Part shown: piece by piece, positions 28,261 through 37,705 of the stretch
How the letters are laid out: each line of letters starts with the position of its first letter
How positions within the stretch are numbered: position 1 is the first letter of the stretch
Assembly (NCBI GenBank): GCA_964602655.1
Contig: CAZRSF010000014.1
Span: forward strand, 21,749-85,748
Source: an uncultured Candidatus Moduliflexus sp.
GTDB lineage: Bacteria; Moduliflexota; Moduliflexia; Moduliflexales; Moduliflexaceae
Length of the DNA: 64,000 nt
Direction: 5' to 3'
Position numbers and translations under genes: made by a program
Notes under the pieces: model-generated
The model's input: the letters and a program-made list of their open reading frames with translations, nothing else
What the model was told of the DNA's origin: nothing
Databases searched by the model: none

Positions 28261-29613
28261 ATGGAACGAATTATTTTAGATTATACGAATATGGCGGCAA
28301 TTGTCCGCGATGAGGCGATTGAACGGCTGCAAGCGCAAGTTGATCTCGCGTTGCAGACGACATTGAACAAAACCGGCGCGGGGAGCGATTTTCTCGGCTG
28401 GGTCAATCTGCCGCACGAAATTAATGACGCCTTTTTGCAGGATATTCAGCAGACTGCGGACGCCTTACGCGCCAAAAGCGACGTGATTGTCGCCGTCGGC
28501 ATCGGCGGCTCCTATCTCGGATCGAAAGCGGTGATCGAAGCGTTAAAAGGGCCGTTTGCCGGATCGGAAAAGGTGTTGTTTGCCGGGCAGAATATGAGTT
28601 CCTGGTACATGCGCGATTTGCTGGCGCTCTTAGAAAAGAAAGATTTCAGCGTCATCGTGATTTCCAAATCCGGCACGACAACTGAGCCGGGATTGGCGTT
28701 CAGAATTCTGAAAAACGCGGTGGAGCAAAAATACGGCAAAGCGGGCGCGAAAGACCGGATTGTGGCGGTGACGGATAAAGCGAGAGGCGCATTGAAACAA
28801 CTGGCAGACGGCGAAGGCTACAAAACGTATGTGATTCCTGATGATGTCGGCGGACGCTTCTCCGTGCTGACGCCAGTCGGCTTACTGCCGATTGCCTGCG
28901 CCGGACTTGATATTCGCGAATTCGTCAACGGTTTCAAAACGATGGCAAAAGCGATTACAGCGGAAACGAACGTCATGAAGAATCCCGCGTTGGCGTATGC
29001 CGCGATTCGGACGCTGCTGCATCGCCAGGGCAAGGACATCGAATTGCTCGTCAACTTCGAACCGGCGCTGCATTTCGTGTCGGAATGGTGGAAACAATTG
29101 TTCGGCGAAAGCGAAGGCAAAGACGGCAAGGCGCTGTTCCCGGCGAGCGTGGATTTCAGCACTGACCTGCATTCGATGGGGCAGTTGATTCAGGACGGCA
29201 AACGCAACCTGTTCGAAACCTTCGTCATCGTGAAAAAGAGCCGCTATTCCGTGCTGATTCCGCATGATGACGCCAATCTCGACGGCTTCAATTTCGTGGA
29301 AGGCAAAAATCTGGACGATGTGAATTATTCGGCGTATCAAGGCACGATTCTCGCGCATCGCGATGGCGGCGCGCCGAACATGACGATTGAATTACCGGAT
29401 TTGACGCCGTTTTACCTCGGTCAATTGTTCTATTTCTTCGAAATCGCAGTGGCGGTCAGCGGCTACATGCTCGGCGTGAATCCGTTCGATCAGCCGGGCG
29501 TTGAAGATTATAAAAACAACATGTTCGCCCTGTTAGGCAAGCCTGGCAAAGAACAGGCGACGCAGAAGATTCGCGCGGAACTCGCAAAAATGATGCCGAA
29601 ACGAATCGGATGA
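28261..29613 (+). CDS. pgi: Glucose-6-phosphate isomerase (short ~450-aa bacterial/archaeal type)
   Basis: SIS-domain motifs (VVAVGIGGSYLGSKAV) and a conserved C-terminal catalytic region (GQLFYFFEIAVAVSGYMLGVNPFDQPGVE). Confidence 0.9.
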   Translation: MERIILDYTNMAAIVRDEAIERLQAQVDLALQTTLNKTGAGSDFLGWVNLPHEINDAFLQDIQQTADALRAKSDVIVAVGIGGSYLGSKAVIEALKGPFAGSEKVLFAGQNMSSWYMRDLLALLEKKDFSVIVISKSGTTTEPGLAFRILKNAVEQKYGKAGAKDRIVAVTDKARGALKQLADGEGYKTYVIPDDVGGRFSVLTPVGLLPIACAGLDIREFVNGFKTMAKAITAETNVMKNPALAYAAIRTLLHRQGKDIELLVNFEPALHFVSEWWKQLFGESEGKDGKALFPASVDFSTDLHSMGQLIQDGKRNLFETFVIVKKSRYSVLIPHDDANLDGFNFVEGKNLDDVNYSAYQGTILAHRDGGAPNMTIELPDLTPFYLGQLFYFFEIAVAVSGYMLGVNPFDQPGVEDYKNNMFALLGKPGKEQATQKIRAELAKMMPKRIG

Positions 29614-29635
29614 TCTGGTTTGCCCATCAAAGACA

Positions 29636-29670
29636 CCTCACAGGTTTTCGAAACCTGTGGGGGTTTTGTT
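29636..29670. terminator. Hairpin terminator after pgi (cctcacaggttt-tcg-aaacctgtgggg + gttttgtt); near-identical to the hairpin at 3914
   Basis: Inverted repeat plus T-run, read directly. Confidence 0.65.
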
Positions 29671-29696
29671 GAAATGACGGCGAATTGTTTTTCATC

Positions 29697-29725
29697 TTGA
29701 CACGGAAAAAACCATGTGACATAGT
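29697..29725 (+). promoter_or_regulatory. Candidate sigma70-type promoter for the STAS gene: TTGACA - 17 nt - TGaCATAGT (extended -10)
   Basis: Hexamers and spacing read from the sequence, about 85 nt upstream of the ATG at 29809. Confidence 0.35.
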
Positions 29726-29808
29726 GTATCGTAGAATATGCGCAATCCAGAGCGGACGTCTGAGAATGTCTGCCGAACATGTCAATTTTGTTATTGTGAA
29801 GGAGCATA

Positions 29809-30156
29809 ATGAGTAATCGGTTCGAATATCAAAAAGAGGAACGCGATGGCGTTCGAGTTTTTATTTTGAACGGGAGTCTTGATATCAGCACTGTTTCGCC
29901 GATGAAAGCGGAATTGGATTCCCTGTTTGCCAGTGGCCAACACCGCGTCTTATTTGATTTGTACGAATTAGAACAAATTGATAGTTCGGGAATCGGCGCG
30001 ATTATTGCCTTATTCAAACGAGTCAAATCGAATAAAGGGGAAGTGAAAATTTCCCGCTTAGTTGGGCAGCCCAAAGAAATTTTCAGCTTGCTTCGTTTGG
30101 ATCGCGTCTTTGAAATTTACGACGATTTCGAGAAAGCATTGCAGAGTTTTCGATAA
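29809..30156 (+). CDS. STAS-domain protein (anti-sigma-factor antagonist, SpoIIAA/RsbV-like)
   Basis: STAS fold with a phosphorylatable Ser context (DLYELEQIDSSGIGAII). Confidence 0.8.
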   Translation: MSNRFEYQKEERDGVRVFILNGSLDISTVSPMKAELDSLFASGQHRVLFDLYELEQIDSSGIGAIIALFKRVKSNKGEVKISRLVGQPKEIFSLLRLDRVFEIYDDFEKALQSFR

Positions 30157-30171
30157 AAAATTCCTGCCAGT

Positions 30172-30205
30172 TGCCCCTTTCAGAAGGGGAAAATTGTTTA
30201 TTGCC
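30172..30205. terminator. Hairpin (cccctt-tcag-aagggg) + aaaattgtttatt after the STAS gene
   Basis: Read directly. Confidence 0.5.
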
Positions 30206-30268
30206 GGTAAAAAAAGACGCTTGTCAGAGATGCCCTGACAATCCGATGTGTCAGGAAGAGGCTGATGA

Positions 30269-31891
30269 GTGTTTTTTGCTTACCATCGCCGTTTTTTCAT
30301 GGATGACGCACGCGAACAACACGCAATCCAGTCGAGTTTGAGCCGTCGGTTCAGCATAATCCTGACAGGGGTTGTGGCGGGAATCGTTCTGCTGTTTTCG
30401 TCTGTGATGGCGTTGTCGAATGCTGCGGAAAATGAAAAACGCCTTGAACAGCAATTAGCCCGCACCACGTTATTCGCAGAAACGAGTTTAGCGTCTGCGG
30501 TCTGGCAAGTCAGTCCTGAAATCGTGCGCGACCTGCTGAATGCCTTATTGAACGACGATACAATCGTCTATGCTCGCGTCATCGCCGAAGGCGATATGAT
30601 GGTCGAAGAGATCCAGCCCGATTTTTCGCAATATTCGTGGGCATTCTTTCGAAATTCCCCTCAATTTATCGCAAAACATGTCACAATGATGAAGAATGAC
30701 ACGCCAATCGGGACATTTGACATCGCGATCTCGCGCGAAAAGATTCGCGTTCAATTTCGAAATAATCTTGCCGTGACGCTTGCGCTGACGTTACTATTGA
30801 TCCTCACCTGCTCCGTCACCGCGATCTTTATCACAAAACGCTATATTTTAGCGCCTTTAGCCGCGTTAGCCAACTCGGCGTCATCAATTGCTCACGGACA
30901 ATTCGATCTGCCCATGATTGCGCCATCGGGGCAACTGCCCCATGATGAAATCGGCGAATTAGCGCAGACCTTCGACGAAATGCGGCAACGGTTGCAATAT
31001 CTGTTAGAACGCTTAGGACATGCCGCCGCGACCATGCAGTCGTCTTCGGAAAATATTCTGATGGCAGTCAACCAGCTTGCCGCCGCCTTAGAAGAGCAGT
31101 CCGCGTCGGTCACGGAAACCGCAGCCATGATGGAAGCCATCACCAGCGCGTCGCGCCAGATTTCCGGGAATACCGAGACGGTTGCCGCAATGGCCGAACA
31201 CACCAGAACATCTGCGCAAACAGGCGTTGAACTGGCAGATGCCACGATTGACAAAATGCGCAACATCATGGAAACCAATACGCAGGTGCTTCAACAGATT
31301 ATGGCGCTTGGCAGGCGTTCCGAAAAAATCGGCGATGTCATCGAATTGATTAACGATATTGCCGACCGGACAAAATTACTCGCCTTTAATGCCGCCTTAG
31401 AAGCGGTCGAAGGGAACGAAAACGGCGGAAAACGCTTTCATGTCATCGCAATAGAAATTCGGCGATTAGCGGACTCGATTATCGAATCTACCGAAGAAAT
31501 CAGTTCGAATATCTTAGAAATTCAACAAGGAATTCATGAATTGGTGCAGTCATCCGATATAACCACCTCTCGCATTCAGGAAGGCGCACAGCAGACCGGC
31601 GCGTTATCCGGCGGATTGCAGGATATTTTGTCGGCGGCGCGGCGCACGACCAATGAAGCGAAACAAATTGCGGCGGCGACTCAGGAACAACAGCACGCGC
31701 ATGAACAGATTTTAGCCGCATTGAAAGAGATCTCTGAGAATGCCGAGCAATTTGCTGCCGCAGGCAATCAGGTGTCGCTTTCAGCCAATGACATGAAACA
31801 ACTGGCGGACACGCTGCATCACCTCATTATCGCGTTCGGACGGGACGGTCGCTATGGGGAACGCGACCGTTCGAACGCGCCTTCGGCATGA
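30269..31891 (+). CDS. Methyl-accepting chemotaxis protein (two TM + periplasmic sensor + HAMP + MCP signalling domain)
   Basis: MCP signalling-domain hallmark LLAFNAALEAVEGNENGGKRFHVIAIEIRRLADS. HAMP after TM2. The alternative start MDDARE at 30299 is possible. Confidence 0.8.
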   Translation: MFFAYHRRFFMDDAREQHAIQSSLSRRFSIILTGVVAGIVLLFSSVMALSNAAENEKRLEQQLARTTLFAETSLASAVWQVSPEIVRDLLNALLNDDTIVYARVIAEGDMMVEEIQPDFSQYSWAFFRNSPQFIAKHVTMMKNDTPIGTFDIAISREKIRVQFRNNLAVTLALTLLLILTCSVTAIFITKRYILAPLAALANSASSIAHGQFDLPMIAPSGQLPHDEIGELAQTFDEMRQRLQYLLERLGHAAATMQSSSENILMAVNQLAAALEEQSASVTETAAMMEAITSASRQISGNTETVAAMAEHTRTSAQTGVELADATIDKMRNIMETNTQVLQQIMALGRRSEKIGDVIELINDIADRTKLLAFNAALEAVEGNENGGKRFHVIAIEIRRLADSIIESTEEISSNILEIQQGIHELVQSSDITTSRIQEGAQQTGALSGGLQDILSAARRTTNEAKQIAAATQEQQHAHEQILAALKEISENAEQFAAAGNQVSLSANDMKQLADTLHHLIIAFGRDGRYGERDRSNAPSA

Positions 31892-33147
31892 CGATCTCTC
31901 CTGAATTGAGCCAATGGTTATTACACGATGCGCGCCAGCGGTTTTTACGCTATGTCACGATTCACACCACGTCGGACGAACATTCGGGACAACACCCTTC
32001 CTCGCCAGGACAGTGGGAGCTTGCCAGGCTGGTACATCAGGAACTCCTCGATCTTGGGATTCACGATGTGAGGCTTGACGAACATTGCTATCTGTATGCC
32101 ACGCTTCCGGCCTCGCCGGGCGTATCGTCGCCTCCGATCACCTTCTGCGCTCATTTCGATACGTCGCCATCGGAATCCGGAGAACGGGTCGAACCGGTCA
32201 TTCATGCGGCGTATGACGGCGGCGGCATCACGTTTCCCGATGCGCCGGAATTACTGCTGACCCCCGATGATTCCCCTCAGCTTCGCCAATATGTCGGCCA
32301 AAATATCATCACGGCCTCGGGAACAACGCTGCTTGGCGCAGACGACAAAGCGGGCGTGGCGGAGATTATGACGGCGCTGGCCGCGTTACAGACCTTTCCA
32401 GACCTGCCGCGCCCGGAACTGCGCATCGTCTTCACGCCGGACGAGGAAATCGGGGAGGGGACGCAACAGATCGATCTGAAAAAATTAGGGCGTTTCGGCT
32501 ATACATTCGACGGCGGCGAAATGGGGGAATTGGAAGATGAATGCTTTCATGCGCTCCGCGTCAATTTGGCCTTTATCGGGCGGAACGTGCATCCCGGCGA
32601 AGCCAAAAACCGCATGGTGAACGCAGCAGCGATTGCCGCTCGTTTTCTTGCCACGTTACCGGAACATGAAACCCCTGAACATACGGAACTGCGGGAAGGA
32701 TTTTTCCATCTGACGCATGTCTCCGGCGATGAAAACCGGGCGACCTGCTCGCTGATTCTGCGCGATTTCGACCGGGATCGCAATCTGAAGCGCGCGGCGT
32801 TGTTGGAACAGCTTATTCAGGCGTTCCATCTGCGGTACGATGGCCTGAACATCGAGCGCGAAACGGTTGAACAGTATCGCAACATGCAGGAGGTCTTGCA
32901 TCAATATCCTGAAGTGGCGCGACAAGCGGAGATTGCCATAGAGAATGCCGGATTACGACTGATTCGCAAAGCGATTCGCGGCGGTACCGACGGCTCGCGC
33001 CTGTCGTTTTTAGGGCTGCCCACGCCGAATATTTTTTCCGGCGGCTTGTTGTTTCACTCCAAAAAAGAATGGATTCCTGAGATCGCGTTGCAGAAGGCGG
33101 CAGAGGTGGCGCTCCACCTGTGCGCGCTCTGGGCGGCGCGCGAGTAA
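31888..33147 (+). CDS. pepT: Peptidase T (tripeptide aminopeptidase, M20B family)
   Basis: M20 metal-binding motifs (CAHFDT, GADDKAGVAEI, FTPDEEIG) and PepT-like length. Confidence 0.85.
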   Translation: MTISPELSQWLLHDARQRFLRYVTIHTTSDEHSGQHPSSPGQWELARLVHQELLDLGIHDVRLDEHCYLYATLPASPGVSSPPITFCAHFDTSPSESGERVEPVIHAAYDGGGITFPDAPELLLTPDDSPQLRQYVGQNIITASGTTLLGADDKAGVAEIMTALAALQTFPDLPRPELRIVFTPDEEIGEGTQQIDLKKLGRFGYTFDGGEMGELEDECFHALRVNLAFIGRNVHPGEAKNRMVNAAAIAARFLATLPEHETPEHTELREGFFHLTHVSGDENRATCSLILRDFDRDRNLKRAALLEQLIQAFHLRYDGLNIERETVEQYRNMQEVLHQYPEVARQAEIAIENAGLRLIRKAIRGGTDGSRLSFLGLPTPNIFSGGLLFHSKKEWIPEIALQKAAEVALHLCALWAARE

Positions 33148-33150
33148 GTC

Positions 33151-34167
33151 ATGGAGACACCGCTTCCATTAGGAAAATTGAAATTAGAGCAGCTTCGGCG
33201 GTTGTTGAACACATACGTCACCGTCAATGACGAGCGCGTGGTAGTCGGCGCGGAAGTCGGCGAGGACGCGGCAGTGATTGATATGGGCGACCGCTATCTT
33301 GTCGCCAAAACCGATCCGATCACGTTCGTCGTGGACGACATCGGTTGGTACGCCATTGTGATCAACGCGAACGATTTAGCGACGCGCGGCGCCACGCCAA
33401 AATGGTTTTTAGCCACGATTTTGCTGCCGGAACATCGCGCCACCGAAACAATGGTGGAGACGATTTTCGCGCAGCTTGCGGCAGCCTGCAAACAATATAA
33501 CATTACGCTGTGCGGCGGGCATACCGAGGTGACGTACGGGCTGGATCGTCCGATTGTCGTCGGACAAATGCTCGGCGAAGTCGCGAAGGATCGGCTGATT
33601 CGCACGGCAGGCGCGCAGATAGGCGATGATATTATCCTGACCAAGGGAATTGCGGTCGAAGGCACGTCCATTATTGCCCGCGTCAAACATGAGCATCTGC
33701 TAACGATGTATTCGTCAGACTATCTCCGCGCGTGCCGAGATTTTATTTATACGCCCGGCATCAGCGTGGTGGAAGAGGCGCGGATCGCCATCGAAACGGC
33801 GCATGTGTCGGCAATGCATGATCCGACGGAAGGCGGCGTCGCCACCGGGCTGCACGAACTCGCTGAAGCCGCAAGCGTTGGGTTGCATATTGAGCGTGAG
33901 GCCATTCCGATCTTCCCGGAAACAGCGACGTTGTGCGCTCAATATGGACTTGATCCATTAGGGGTGATTGCGTCAGGCGCGTTATTGATGACGATTCCGC
34001 CACAGGAGACCGCCCAACTGATTGAGGCATTCCAGGCGAATCGGATTCGAGCATCCGTCATCGGGCGCATTGTCGCTGCGCAAAAAGGAAGACACTTATG
34101 GAATCAAGGAAATTCAACGCCATTACCCCTGTTTCATCAGGATGAAATCACCAAAATCTTTGACTGA
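33151..34167 (+). CDS. AIR synthase-related protein (PurM/HypE/ThiL superfamily), exact function unclear
   Basis: PurM-like N-domain motif (GEDAAVIDMGDRYLVAKTDP) and C-domain. It lacks the HypE C-terminal PRIC motif and the SelD Cys motif. Confidence 0.65.
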   Translation: METPLPLGKLKLEQLRRLLNTYVTVNDERVVVGAEVGEDAAVIDMGDRYLVAKTDPITFVVDDIGWYAIVINANDLATRGATPKWFLATILLPEHRATETMVETIFAQLAAACKQYNITLCGGHTEVTYGLDRPIVVGQMLGEVAKDRLIRTAGAQIGDDIILTKGIAVEGTSIIARVKHEHLLTMYSSDYLRACRDFIYTPGISVVEEARIAIETAHVSAMHDPTEGGVATGLHELAEAASVGLHIEREAIPIFPETATLCAQYGLDPLGVIASGALLMTIPPQETAQLIEAFQANRIRASVIGRIVAAQKGRHLWNQGNSTPLPLFHQDEITKIFD

Positions 34168-34304
34168 AAAATTACGAATTTTCCTTGACTAATTTGACAT
34201 AGTATATTTTACGTATGCGCGTGTTTTGTATTTTGAACACATGCAGTGATTACCAACCAGTATGATAATAATTTGAGCCATTCAGGCATAACGAGGAGGT
34301 TATT

Positions 34305-34475
34305 ATGGCCCATTCGATTAATGATGAGTGCATTTCTTGCGGCGCGTGCGCCAGCGAATGCCCGGTCGAAGCAATCAGCGAAGGCCCAAACAAGTATGTT
34401 ATCGATCCCGGAAAATGCACGGACTGCGGCACATGCGTTGATGTTTGCCCGGCAGACGCGATTGACGCTTCGTAA
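34305..34475 (+). CDS. 2x[4Fe-4S] ferredoxin, 56 aa (not in the supplied ORF track because it is under 60 aa)
   Basis: Translation is MAHSINDECISCGACASECPVEAISEGPNKYVIDPGKCTDCGTCVDVCPADAIDAS, with two CxxCxxCxxxCP motifs. AGGAGG lies 7 nt upstream. Confidence 0.85.
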   Translation: MAHSINDECISCGACASECPVEAISEGPNKYVIDPGKCTDCGTCVDVCPADAIDAS

Positions 34476-34856
34476 ACGCACAGGATTGTAGCATTCTTTC
34501 TAAGGGAGATTCACTGCTGTTTTCATCATGCAGATGGATTTCCCTTCGATTTTTCTTCCCAATTAGTGCATTTCTATACATTTCAAACATCTTGCGCGGA
34601 TGATATTTATAAGAAATCTTAAAAGATTTCTTGACCAGAGCATCTATTTGACATACACTTTGCTCACGATAAGAAAGCCAGGACAATTCTTCAATGAACG
34701 TTTATTATTTATCGTTATGACATAAGTACATGCAAACTCGTGTTTTTCTGATTCAACCAACATGAGAATGCGGCGTCAATAATTACGCATTTTTTGCATA
34801 TTTGTCAAACACAAAAACAGAACCTAAATCATGCCTCAGACTGAAGAGAATATCCC

Positions 34857-36803
34857 ATGTTTCAGTGGCTCAATAATCAGACATTAAAAGCAAAATTGTG
34901 CGTGTTGACCTTCCTGTTAGTTGTGGCGGTCATGATGTTTGTTGGATATATTGTTATCGGGCAGCAACGAAAATCCCTCATGCTCCAGATGGAAGGAACT
35001 GGGCGGTTCTTAGTTAAAAATCTTGCAAAAAATGTTGTCAGTCCGCTGTTAGAAGATGACAGCCTGAGTTTGAACAATCTGATTTCATCTCTGGAAGCAC
35101 GAGATACATTAGAAGGCAATCCGGCGCGATTGACGGTTGAAGAGTATCAAAATTTCCTCGCGCAATTCTTTCTCAAAGATCAAATTTCTCTGCTTGACAA
35201 GTATATTGAAAAGCAGGATAAGAACGTTTATATTCACATTGACTTTTCTCGCGACGATCAAGTACTGACCACGATTGCAGGCAATGTGCTGCAAAAAGTC
35301 CTGACGCTCTGGCAGGACGTGCAAACCCCTCAACAATACGAAGAATTTTTCGCGCAATACCCTTGGGCGCGGATTATTGCAGAGACATTATCTGTTCCAG
35401 AGAATACGCTCCCCAATCTGCAAATTTCCGATGCTCAAAAACAGGAATTAACTGCGAAAGTTGCCGAGCGTTTGTTTAACGAGATTTCTGGATATGTCAA
35501 AAATCCGGTTATCGGATATGCCATTGTGCTTGATAAAGAACACATTATTCGCGCCCACCCCGATATTGACCAGTTAGGCCAGCCGTATGAGCTACCGCAA
35601 GGGGCGAAACTCATCGAAAAAGGGGAAGTGACAATCCATCGGTTATCTTTTAAAGGCGAGATTCATTTTGATTTCGAATCCCGCATTCAGGTGCGTGATA
35701 AAAATCTCGGAACAGCCGAGATTGGCTCTGTTCACTTAGGTTTTCGAGAAGAGAACCTGGTCAAAGATATTGCATCAGCAAAGCAAAAAATCCTTTATAT
35801 CACGATTATTGCGGTCGTGTTCGGGTCTCTCGGCACGTATGTGCTGGCCAGTTTAATTGTCAAGCCAATCAAAGTCCTTGTTCATGACGCTGAAATTCTT
35901 GGCGGGGGCGATTTGACACATAAAATTACGGTCATGACCGGAGATGAAGTCGGCATGCTGGCGACGACGCTCGAAGATACCAGAGTCAAACTGAAAGAAG
36001 CGCAAGCGCAGTTAGTCGTCAATGAACGTTTAGGCCGAGAGTTGGAAATCGCGCGTGAAATTCAGATGGGGCTGCTGCCCAAAGAGACGCCGACAGTCGG
36101 GCCAATCGAGCTTGGCACATTATACCGGGCGGCTTCGCAAGTCGGTGGCGATCTCTATGACTTCTTCTGGGTCAGCGAAGACGAATTAGGCATTGTTGTG
36201 GCTGACGTGTCGGGGAAGGGGGTGCCCGGCTCATTGGTGATGACGATGGCGAAGGCTGTCATCCGCGCGAAAGCGATGAAATCGGATGCGCCGATGCATA
36301 AACTCCCTGCGGTGCTTGGCGGCGGGCCGGCGTCCGTCATTCGCAAAACCAACCAGATGATTGCGCAAGATATTAAAAAAGGGATGTTTATTACGGCGAA
36401 TTACGGTATTTTAAACATAAAGACCCTCCGGTACATGTTTGTCAGCGCCGGGCATAATGATACCTTAGTCTATAATTCTCAGACCCAGGAATTGCGTGGT
36501 TATAACCCGAAAGGCATTGCGCTCGGATTAGACAAAGGGCCGGTGTTCGATTCCATGCTGCAAGAACAGGAAATTTCGCTCTCCAGCGGCGATTTAGTCC
36601 TTCAATTTACGGATGGCATTACCGAGGCCATGAATGAGGAACGCGACGAATTTGGCGATGATCGCCTGAAAGAGGCCATTCGAAAATATGCGCATCTGAA
36701 GGTGAATGATTTTTTGATCGAACTGGATAAAGAAATTCGAAATTTCACACGAGGTTTTACGCAAAGTGATGATATTACCGCTGTCGTTATTAAAGTGAAA
36801 TAA
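34857..36803 (+). CDS. Membrane sensor PP2C-type serine phosphatase (RsbU/SpoIIE family) with extracytoplasmic sensor domain and HAMP
   Basis: N-terminal TM, a large periplasmic domain, a second TM, then HAMP. The C-terminal PP2C/SpoIIE domain carries GGDLYDF ... VADVSGKGVPGSLVM ... QSDDITAVVIKV. Confidence 0.85.
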   Translation: MFQWLNNQTLKAKLCVLTFLLVVAVMMFVGYIVIGQQRKSLMLQMEGTGRFLVKNLAKNVVSPLLEDDSLSLNNLISSLEARDTLEGNPARLTVEEYQNFLAQFFLKDQISLLDKYIEKQDKNVYIHIDFSRDDQVLTTIAGNVLQKVLTLWQDVQTPQQYEEFFAQYPWARIIAETLSVPENTLPNLQISDAQKQELTAKVAERLFNEISGYVKNPVIGYAIVLDKEHIIRAHPDIDQLGQPYELPQGAKLIEKGEVTIHRLSFKGEIHFDFESRIQVRDKNLGTAEIGSVHLGFREENLVKDIASAKQKILYITIIAVVFGSLGTYVLASLIVKPIKVLVHDAEILGGGDLTHKITVMTGDEVGMLATTLEDTRVKLKEAQAQLVVNERLGRELEIAREIQMGLLPKETPTVGPIELGTLYRAASQVGGDLYDFFWVSEDELGIVVADVSGKGVPGSLVMTMAKAVIRAKAMKSDAPMHKLPAVLGGGPASVIRKTNQMIAQDIKKGMFITANYGILNIKTLRYMFVSAGHNDTLVYNSQTQELRGYNPKGIALGLDKGPVFDSMLQEQEISLSSGDLVLQFTDGITEAMNEERDEFGDDRLKEAIRKYAHLKVNDFLIELDKEIRNFTRGFTQSDDITAVVIKVK

Positions 36804-36817
36804 ACCGAGAAGAAGCG

Positions 36818-36841
36818 CTGATGAGAACAGAAACTCATCAG
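36818..36841. other. 8-bp perfect hairpin (ctgatgag-aacagaaa-ctcatcag) in the rsbU-rsbV intergenic spacer
   Basis: Read directly. There is no T-tract, so it is a possible mRNA processing or partial-attenuation element. Confidence 0.35.
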
Positions 36842-36867
36842 AACATTGTAGGAGTTAGAAAAGAATT

Positions 36868-37218
36868 ATGAGAAATCTGAATATTGGCGTGGAAACATTA
36901 GCAAACCAAGATATCACCAAAATTGTGGTGGAAGGTTTTTTGGATGCGCATACCGTTCCGGAAATGGAAAAGGTCATTCAGGAACTGCTTCAGCAGAAAA
37001 AATATCGAATAGTGGTGGATTTTAGCGCGCTCTCGTATATCAGCAGCGCTGGACTCGGCGTGTTTATGAGCGTCATCGGCGATGTGAAAAATAATAATGG
37101 CGATATTGTCCTGATGAAAATGCCTCCCAAAATTTATAAAGTGTTTGATCTGTTAGGCTTTACGGAGATTTTTTCAATTGTTGATGATGAAGAGGCGGCA
37201 TTTAAGGTGTTTAAATAA
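36868..37218 (+). CDS. Anti-sigma-factor antagonist (STAS; RsbV/SpoIIAA-like)
   Basis: STAS domain with conserved Ser (DFSALSYISSAGLGVF). Confidence 0.85.
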   Translation: MRNLNIGVETLANQDITKIVVEGFLDAHTVPEMEKVIQELLQQKKYRIVVDFSALSYISSAGLGVFMSVIGDVKNNNGDIVLMKMPPKIYKVFDLLGFTEIFSIVDDEEAAFKVFK

Positions 37219-37258
37219 TTAGTCACCCGATGATAAGGATGAGGCATGCCTCTACGCT

Positions 37259-37705
37259 ATGAGTATGAATACGACAACAATAGTGATTCAAACTCCTGGA
37301 GAAATGCATTTTTTGCATCGAATTCGGGATTTTGTCACCGGGATTGCCGAAGAATCCGGTATCAACGAACAAGATATCGAAAATATCGAGTTGGCTGTAG
37401 ATGAAGCCTGCGCGAATATTATCGAACATGGATACCAATCCGAAGATCCCAACAAAAATATCACCATCCGCATGGAAATCGATCCCGCCAAGCTGGTATT
37501 GACTATTATTGATCAAGGCACGCCTTTTGATCCTCGCACACGAATGCAGCCTGACATAAAAAAGCTGATTGCGATGAAACGAGACGGCGGGTTAGGGATT
37601 AGCCTGATAAAACACACGATGGATGAGATTGATTATCGTCAAGGCGCTCATGGACAGAATGAATTAATTCTGACCAAGTATTTGAAAAAACAGAGTGAGA
37701 CGTGA
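37259..37705 (+). CDS. Anti-sigma regulatory factor / serine protein kinase (RsbW/SpoIIAB-like, HATPase_c)
   Basis: GHKL ATPase motifs (ELAVDEACANIIEHG, DQGTPFD, GGLGISLIKHTMDE). Confidence 0.85.
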   Translation: MSMNTTTIVIQTPGEMHFLHRIRDFVTGIAEESGINEQDIENIELAVDEACANIIEHGYQSEDPNKNITIRMEIDPAKLVLTIIDQGTPFDPRTRMQPDIKKLIAMKRDGGLGISLIKHTMDEIDYRQGAHGQNELILTKYLKKQSET

